Source: Schizosaccharomyces osmophilus (taxonomy: Eukaryota). From it: a stretch of 64,000 nucleotides of DNA. The stretch lies in NCBI RefSeq assembly GCF_027921745.1, contig NC_079239.1:2728001-2792000 (forward strand), in the 5' to 3' direction. The notes under the pieces are model-generated. The model made no database searches. It was not told where the DNA came from and saw only the letters and a program-made list of their open reading frames with translations. This document shows, one piece after another, positions 59,483-64,000 of the stretch (position 1 is its first letter; each line of letters starts with the position of its first letter). A program made the position numbers and the translations under genes.

Positions 59483-59759
59483 TTATTATTGTGCAGGCAG
59501 GTGCAGAACGTCGGATATCCAACGTTTAATGGTTTTATTTTTTTTTTATTGCATATTTCACTTATTCCTGGTAACGTCATTCTGATAGATTCACCATCTG
59601 AAATCTTTGGACTGCTTATGACTAAATTATTTCCTAAGCAATGAAGGTTTATAAATAAATACCGGTTTATTAGGTTTATTTTTTCTTTTTCAAGCATATA
59701 TTATAGTCGTTATAAACTGTCCTTCTTTTGTCGTGTCCTCTCTTTTCTTTTTGTTTACT

Positions 59760-61472
59760 ATGGACGATGTAATGAATACGGAATCGGCTGAATCTTTGAA
59801 GAATCCAGATGATGATTTCAGCGTACCCCGATCTACCAAATCATATTCAAAAAAAACAATTGTTATATTTGCGACCATGGTTTGCTTAATGTCAGTTATT
59901 GTTTGTCTGGTAGTCTTTTTGCCTATAATATTCTTCTTAATCATTCCGAGTGCCAGGCTCCAAGGTGAACATTTGGCTTCAAGAAAGAACGTCTCATCAC
60001 CCATTTCTGTTAAAAGCGATGAAGCTGATAACCAAATTGACACAGTTGACAATATTGTCCCAATTCCAGAATACGCAAGGCGTACATTATTAGATCCTAC
60101 TATATGGTTAGACAAAACGGATTTCAATACTACGTTTACAGAAGGAATGGTCGGAAACCTTAGCGTTATGGGGCTTTACGATACTTATGATGATACGGTT
60201 CAAGCAAATCCCTCAGTTCCTCCTTTAAATAAACCGTTTCCGTATGGAGAAGTCCCAATCCGTGGCGTTAATCTTGGAGGTTGGCTTTCAATGGAGCCGT
60301 TTATCACTCCTTCTTTCTTTAGAGTCAATAATGGAACACACAACATATTACGTGATGAGTTAAGTTTGCATGAGTATCTTCGGGAAAATGCATCAAGAGT
60401 TATAGAAGAACACTACAGTACGTTTGTAACTAAAAGGACGCTTGAAGAAGTTCGTGAAGCAGGACTAGATCATGTACGTATTACTTTTCCCTATTGGATT
60501 TTGCACGAGGATTCAAACGCGACGAGTGTTTCTGGGATCGGCTGGCGTTATTTGTTGCGAGTAATTGAATGGGCTCGTTCCCAGGGTTTACGTGTCAACT
60601 TGGACCTTCATGCAGCACCAGGAAATCAAAATTCTTGGAATCATGGTGGTTACTTGAATCAGCTTAATTGGCTTGTTGGACCCGAAGGAAACCAAAACGC
60701 TAACCGTACATTGAAAATACATGAGCAACTTTCAACCTTCTTTTCCCAAGAAAGGTACCGAAATGTTGTTACTATCTACGGATTATTGAACGAGCCAAAC
60801 TCTTTCGTTATCGATCGTAAGCTAATAAATGATTGGCATAAAAAAGCATACAAAATCGTCAGATCTGCTAATCCCCGTGCTTTAATATCTGTAGGCGACG
60901 GCTTTCGAGGACCAGGAGACTGGGAAGAAGAATTTGACCCTTTTCATTTTCCGAATGTGCTCATTGATGCACATAGATACACTATTTTTAATGACTTCCT
61001 TATTGGCTTACCTTATAAGAATAAACTTAACATTGTTTGTAACTCATGGAGAGAAGAGGTAGAACAAAAGGCAAAGCTTCCAACAATTGTTGGCGAATGG
61101 AGTTTGGCCGACACCGATTGTGCAGAGTTTTTGAATAACGTGGGTGAGGGCGCCAGATGGGATGGAACATTTTCGCCAAGTGGAAATCTTCAGTGTTGCC
61201 CTTCACAAAAAGATTGCACTTGTTCGTTTGCAAACGCTGACCCTGGTAGCTACTCAAAGGAGTATCGTGAAGAGCTTTACAATTTTGCTACCGCACAAAT
61301 GGAAACTTTTGACAAAACTTGGGGCTGGTTTTATTGGAATTGGGATACAGAGAATGCTACACAGTGGAGTTATAAGAAGTCTCGAGCTGCAGGATTGTTG
61401 CCTGAATTGGCATACTCAACTGATCGAGCATTCAACTGCAGCATGTTGAAGACTTCTTTCACGTCTACATAG
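59760..61472 (+). CDS. exg2: Membrane-anchored GH5 exo-glucanase
   Basis: Type II TM, IRGVNLGGWLSMEPFITPS, LDLHAAPGNQNSWNH, NEP, VGEWS, WGWFYWNW. Confidence 0.93.
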   Translation: MDDVMNTESAESLKNPDDDFSVPRSTKSYSKKTIVIFATMVCLMSVIVCLVVFLPIIFFLIIPSARLQGEHLASRKNVSSPISVKSDEADNQIDTVDNIVPIPEYARRTLLDPTIWLDKTDFNTTFTEGMVGNLSVMGLYDTYDDTVQANPSVPPLNKPFPYGEVPIRGVNLGGWLSMEPFITPSFFRVNNGTHNILRDELSLHEYLRENASRVIEEHYSTFVTKRTLEEVREAGLDHVRITFPYWILHEDSNATSVSGIGWRYLLRVIEWARSQGLRVNLDLHAAPGNQNSWNHGGYLNQLNWLVGPEGNQNANRTLKIHEQLSTFFSQERYRNVVTIYGLLNEPNSFVIDRKLINDWHKKAYKIVRSANPRALISVGDGFRGPGDWEEEFDPFHFPNVLIDAHRYTIFNDFLIGLPYKNKLNIVCNSWREEVEQKAKLPTIVGEWSLADTDCAEFLNNVGEGARWDGTFSPSGNLQCCPSQKDCTCSFANADPGSYSKEYREELYNFATAQMETFDKTWGWFYWNWDTENATQWSYKKSRAAGLLPELAYSTDRAFNCSMLKTSFTST

Positions 61473-61704
61473 GATGACCTGGATAACTTTTCGTTTTTCT
61501 TTTTGTTTTATTCCATATATTTTGACAAGCATATTTTGAGAAAAAAGAGATAATTTACTTATAAATATGTATAGCCCCCTTATGTATAGTTAGATAGAAA
61601 ATTAGAAGCTCTAAAAGTCATATTATTTATTATCTTTTAAGATCATTACAAAATATTCTATGAATTCTAGGAGCTAAAGAATACATAATATACAATTGAT
61701 CAAA

Positions 61705-63579
61705 TTAGCCATATTCTTCCATAATGCGCTGCCGTATTCTTAATCCAGATAACATACGTTTCCATAGCTGAACTCCCATTTTAAAGTCTTGCTTGTAGTT
61801 TTCTTCTTCTTGCATCCATTCTATACCACCTGCAACCTGAAGTAACGCTTCTTTGAACTTTTTCGAAACAACAATGCCGTCGTAGTGAGGTCGAGACATA
61901 CGTTTATGGAAATCAAAGCTTGTTACAGCACGAGCATAGTCAATTTCTAGCAATTTAGCAGACTTTTCAGCAAAGGCATGAGTAGAATGATAAGCACCAT
62001 AGGGTAACATATTCGATGTATATAAGTCTATGTTTCCATAAGTATTTTTTGGGACAATATCGGCTACGACAGGCTTAGGTGTATAAAGATCTGTTTGATC
62101 TTCACCATACAAAGGAATGGTTCCCTTTGTTTTATCTTTAACGTACTTCAAAGGTTGGACTCTAGGTTTTACGATACGACCTTTGCGATACCAACGGTCA
62201 GCAGAAAAAACGAGTTTAACATATTTCCTGGGATAAACTAATTCTACCCCCTTGTTAGTGGATATTCTTCCGCATGATTTCTTGGGTTCAATAACTTCGT
62301 TTTTTCGTAGATGTCTTTCAATAGCGAACACCGGATGATCCTTAAGGTCTTGAATATTTTTTGGAATCCCTTCTGCTTGTTCTAGTCTCAATAATTCTGC
62401 ATCCTCTATGGCATCACTATCCATATACACATCTTGGGGCTTCTTTAACTTGGATAAAAACATATTTAACCAATCACTACCAAAAGGAACTATTTCAAGT
62501 CGATTCCTCATGATACGATAATACCGCGAGGTATACCGCCTCGTAACATCTTTCAGATATCCACCGGAATCAACTGCAAATACATAAGTCATTTGGTTTA
62601 ATGAATCAGAAGTAGATGGTTCGAAACGGCTTGGTTTACCCACAGAAGAGGCATCACCGAACGGATCAATGCAAACCCATTTCTGCATTGAGGTATTGAA
62701 TACTTCGGCCCAAAAAACGGGCTTTGAAGAATCAATAAGTTGTGGCTGATGGAAGCCGGGTGATGCACGAACCACAGAAGAAGATGAAAAACTTGGCTTC
62801 AGTGTTCTTCTACGTTTCGAAGCCGTTGAATCGGCAGGAGAAGCATTTGGTGAAAAGAGATATTCCAAACTATCTTGAGGAGAGGAATCAGTACTAATTT
62901 GCGGACTTTGTCCTTCTGCGGACGCACCAACAAAGCGGAAACTCAGAGTCTGTAAAGAAAAAACCAGACGTGTAGGAACATCTAAACATCGAAGAAGAGA
63001 AACGAATAACTGAGAACCTATATCTCGATCACCTTCAAGAGACTTCGCGGCCCTTAAAAAGTCTTCTTTGGACACAGGTTCATAACTCAACGTATCATTT
63101 TGCAAAGCCCCGTACCAAGGTTTTCGTAGCCCATTCCTGATAAGTTTAAACTGACGCTTCCAAATTTCAGTTAGCACAACTAAAGCCTGGAGAAAGCTTT
63201 TGTTTCGGATCATTTGAGATTTCTGGGATGAGCAGTGTAGAGACGCTTTTACGCCTGGTGGTACAAGCCTGGCAAGATTTTTTAAAATCTTATCATTGCA
63301 CCATGAATTCCGAATACACAGATGGTAGGTAAGACAGAGTAGGTGCATTTGATGAATTTGCAGACGGATTTTTCGGTCGGCTGCTGTAATCTTTAAAGTG
63401 ATTTTTTTCGCCGGCTTCTTCTGTTGAGCCACATTTTCGTCTATGTGTATATTCTTTTCCGTATTCAGGTCAAGCGGTCGCTCTTCAAATAAGGTCTGGC
63501 TTTTGATGGCTGCTGGCTGACCCAAATCTAAATCAAGCCAGTCTTCTTCATCTTCACTGAATGATTCTTCATAAGACAT
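61705..63579 (-). CDS. rhp41: XPC/Rad4 nucleotide excision repair protein
   Basis: FWAEVF, KDVTRRY, DLKDHPVFAIERHL, VPKNTYGNIDLY, DYARAVTSFDF. Confidence 0.9.
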   Translation of the reverse strand: MSYEESFSEDEEDWLDLDLGQPAAIKSQTLFEERPLDLNTEKNIHIDENVAQQKKPAKKITLKITAADRKIRLQIHQMHLLCLTYHLCIRNSWCNDKILKNLARLVPPGVKASLHCSSQKSQMIRNKSFLQALVVLTEIWKRQFKLIRNGLRKPWYGALQNDTLSYEPVSKEDFLRAAKSLEGDRDIGSQLFVSLLRCLDVPTRLVFSLQTLSFRFVGASAEGQSPQISTDSSPQDSLEYLFSPNASPADSTASKRRRTLKPSFSSSSVVRASPGFHQPQLIDSSKPVFWAEVFNTSMQKWVCIDPFGDASSVGKPSRFEPSTSDSLNQMTYVFAVDSGGYLKDVTRRYTSRYYRIMRNRLEIVPFGSDWLNMFLSKLKKPQDVYMDSDAIEDAELLRLEQAEGIPKNIQDLKDHPVFAIERHLRKNEVIEPKKSCGRISTNKGVELVYPRKYVKLVFSADRWYRKGRIVKPRVQPLKYVKDKTKGTIPLYGEDQTDLYTPKPVVADIVPKNTYGNIDLYTSNMLPYGAYHSTHAFAEKSAKLLEIDYARAVTSFDFHKRMSRPHYDGIVVSKKFKEALLQVAGGIEWMQEEENYKQDFKMGVQLWKRMLSGLRIRQRIMEEYG

Positions 63580-64000
63580 TTTTTTAAATAAATAATCTAG
63601 GTGTTATCCTTTGCACATAAATTTTAAACACGTCCTATGTTTAAGCAAACAAAATCCAAATTCCAACGGATTTTTTGCCCAAAATTAAATCAAACTTAGT
63701 TAAAATTATTTACACAAATGAAAATTTCAAGGCAGTTTCGCCAATTCTGTTCATATTCAAATATTTCCTTGCTTTTAGTGGTTTGTAATGGAGCCTCAAA
63801 TTCAACACAGATGTTTCATTTTAACGAGATTTCAATCTCTTTCAACTTAATAATATAGAATCTAGCCATTTGAAAGAATAATAATAAGACTCTTCAATAG
63901 TAGTTTTTTCAAATCTAAAGTCTGTTTTCTCTCGCTTTTCTTTTTATTACATACGTTTTTATAACGAAATTCATAATCCTTCTGCGAAGTGGATGACACT

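Noticed and set aside
63991..64000. GGATGACACT matches part of U6 snRNA
   Set aside because: The upstream sequence does not match U6; a 10-nt coincidence at the window edge
1..64000. CRISPR arrays, rRNA, tRNA genes, full-length retrotransposon or prokaryotic systems
   Set aside because: None seen; the sequence is eukaryotic and the LTRs lack internal gag/pol

Overview
Eukaryotic, AT-rich, gene-dense fungal DNA with short GT-AG introns (CTAAC/YTRAY branch points). Proteins and gene order match fission yeast (Schizosaccharomyces). The region is collinear with the S. pombe chromosome I stretch ssm4-tpr1-SPAC637.03-ypp1-vma2-gmh5-moe1-nbp35-rex1-rpn10-rpm2-mst1-slm1-zds1-ufd4-pho86-bun62-pby1-icp55-emi5-acp1-(til1)-pet8-nod1-exg2-rhp41, but the sequences are diverged, so this is probably an S. 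octosporus/cryophilus/osmophilus-clade species (inference). There are 25 intact genes. The interesting DNA lies outside them: (1) a 4-exon wtf-family (poison-antidote meiotic driver) pseudogene at 2549-3482 (-), next to two nested Tf-like solo LTRs with two sets of target-site duplications; (2) a heavily decayed til1 (mitochondrial tRNA-Ile lysidine synthetase) pseudogene at its syntenic position, consistent with loss of the mitochondrial tRNA-Ile(CAU)/AUA decoding system; (3) a possible decayed GT15 (Omh/Ktr) mannosyltransferase relic; (4) a candidate structured snoRNA-like ncRNA between gmh5 and moe1; (5) an 11-intron icp55 gene with microexons and a GC-AG intron. All homology calls come from reading motifs and recalling S. 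pombe proteins, not from database searches.
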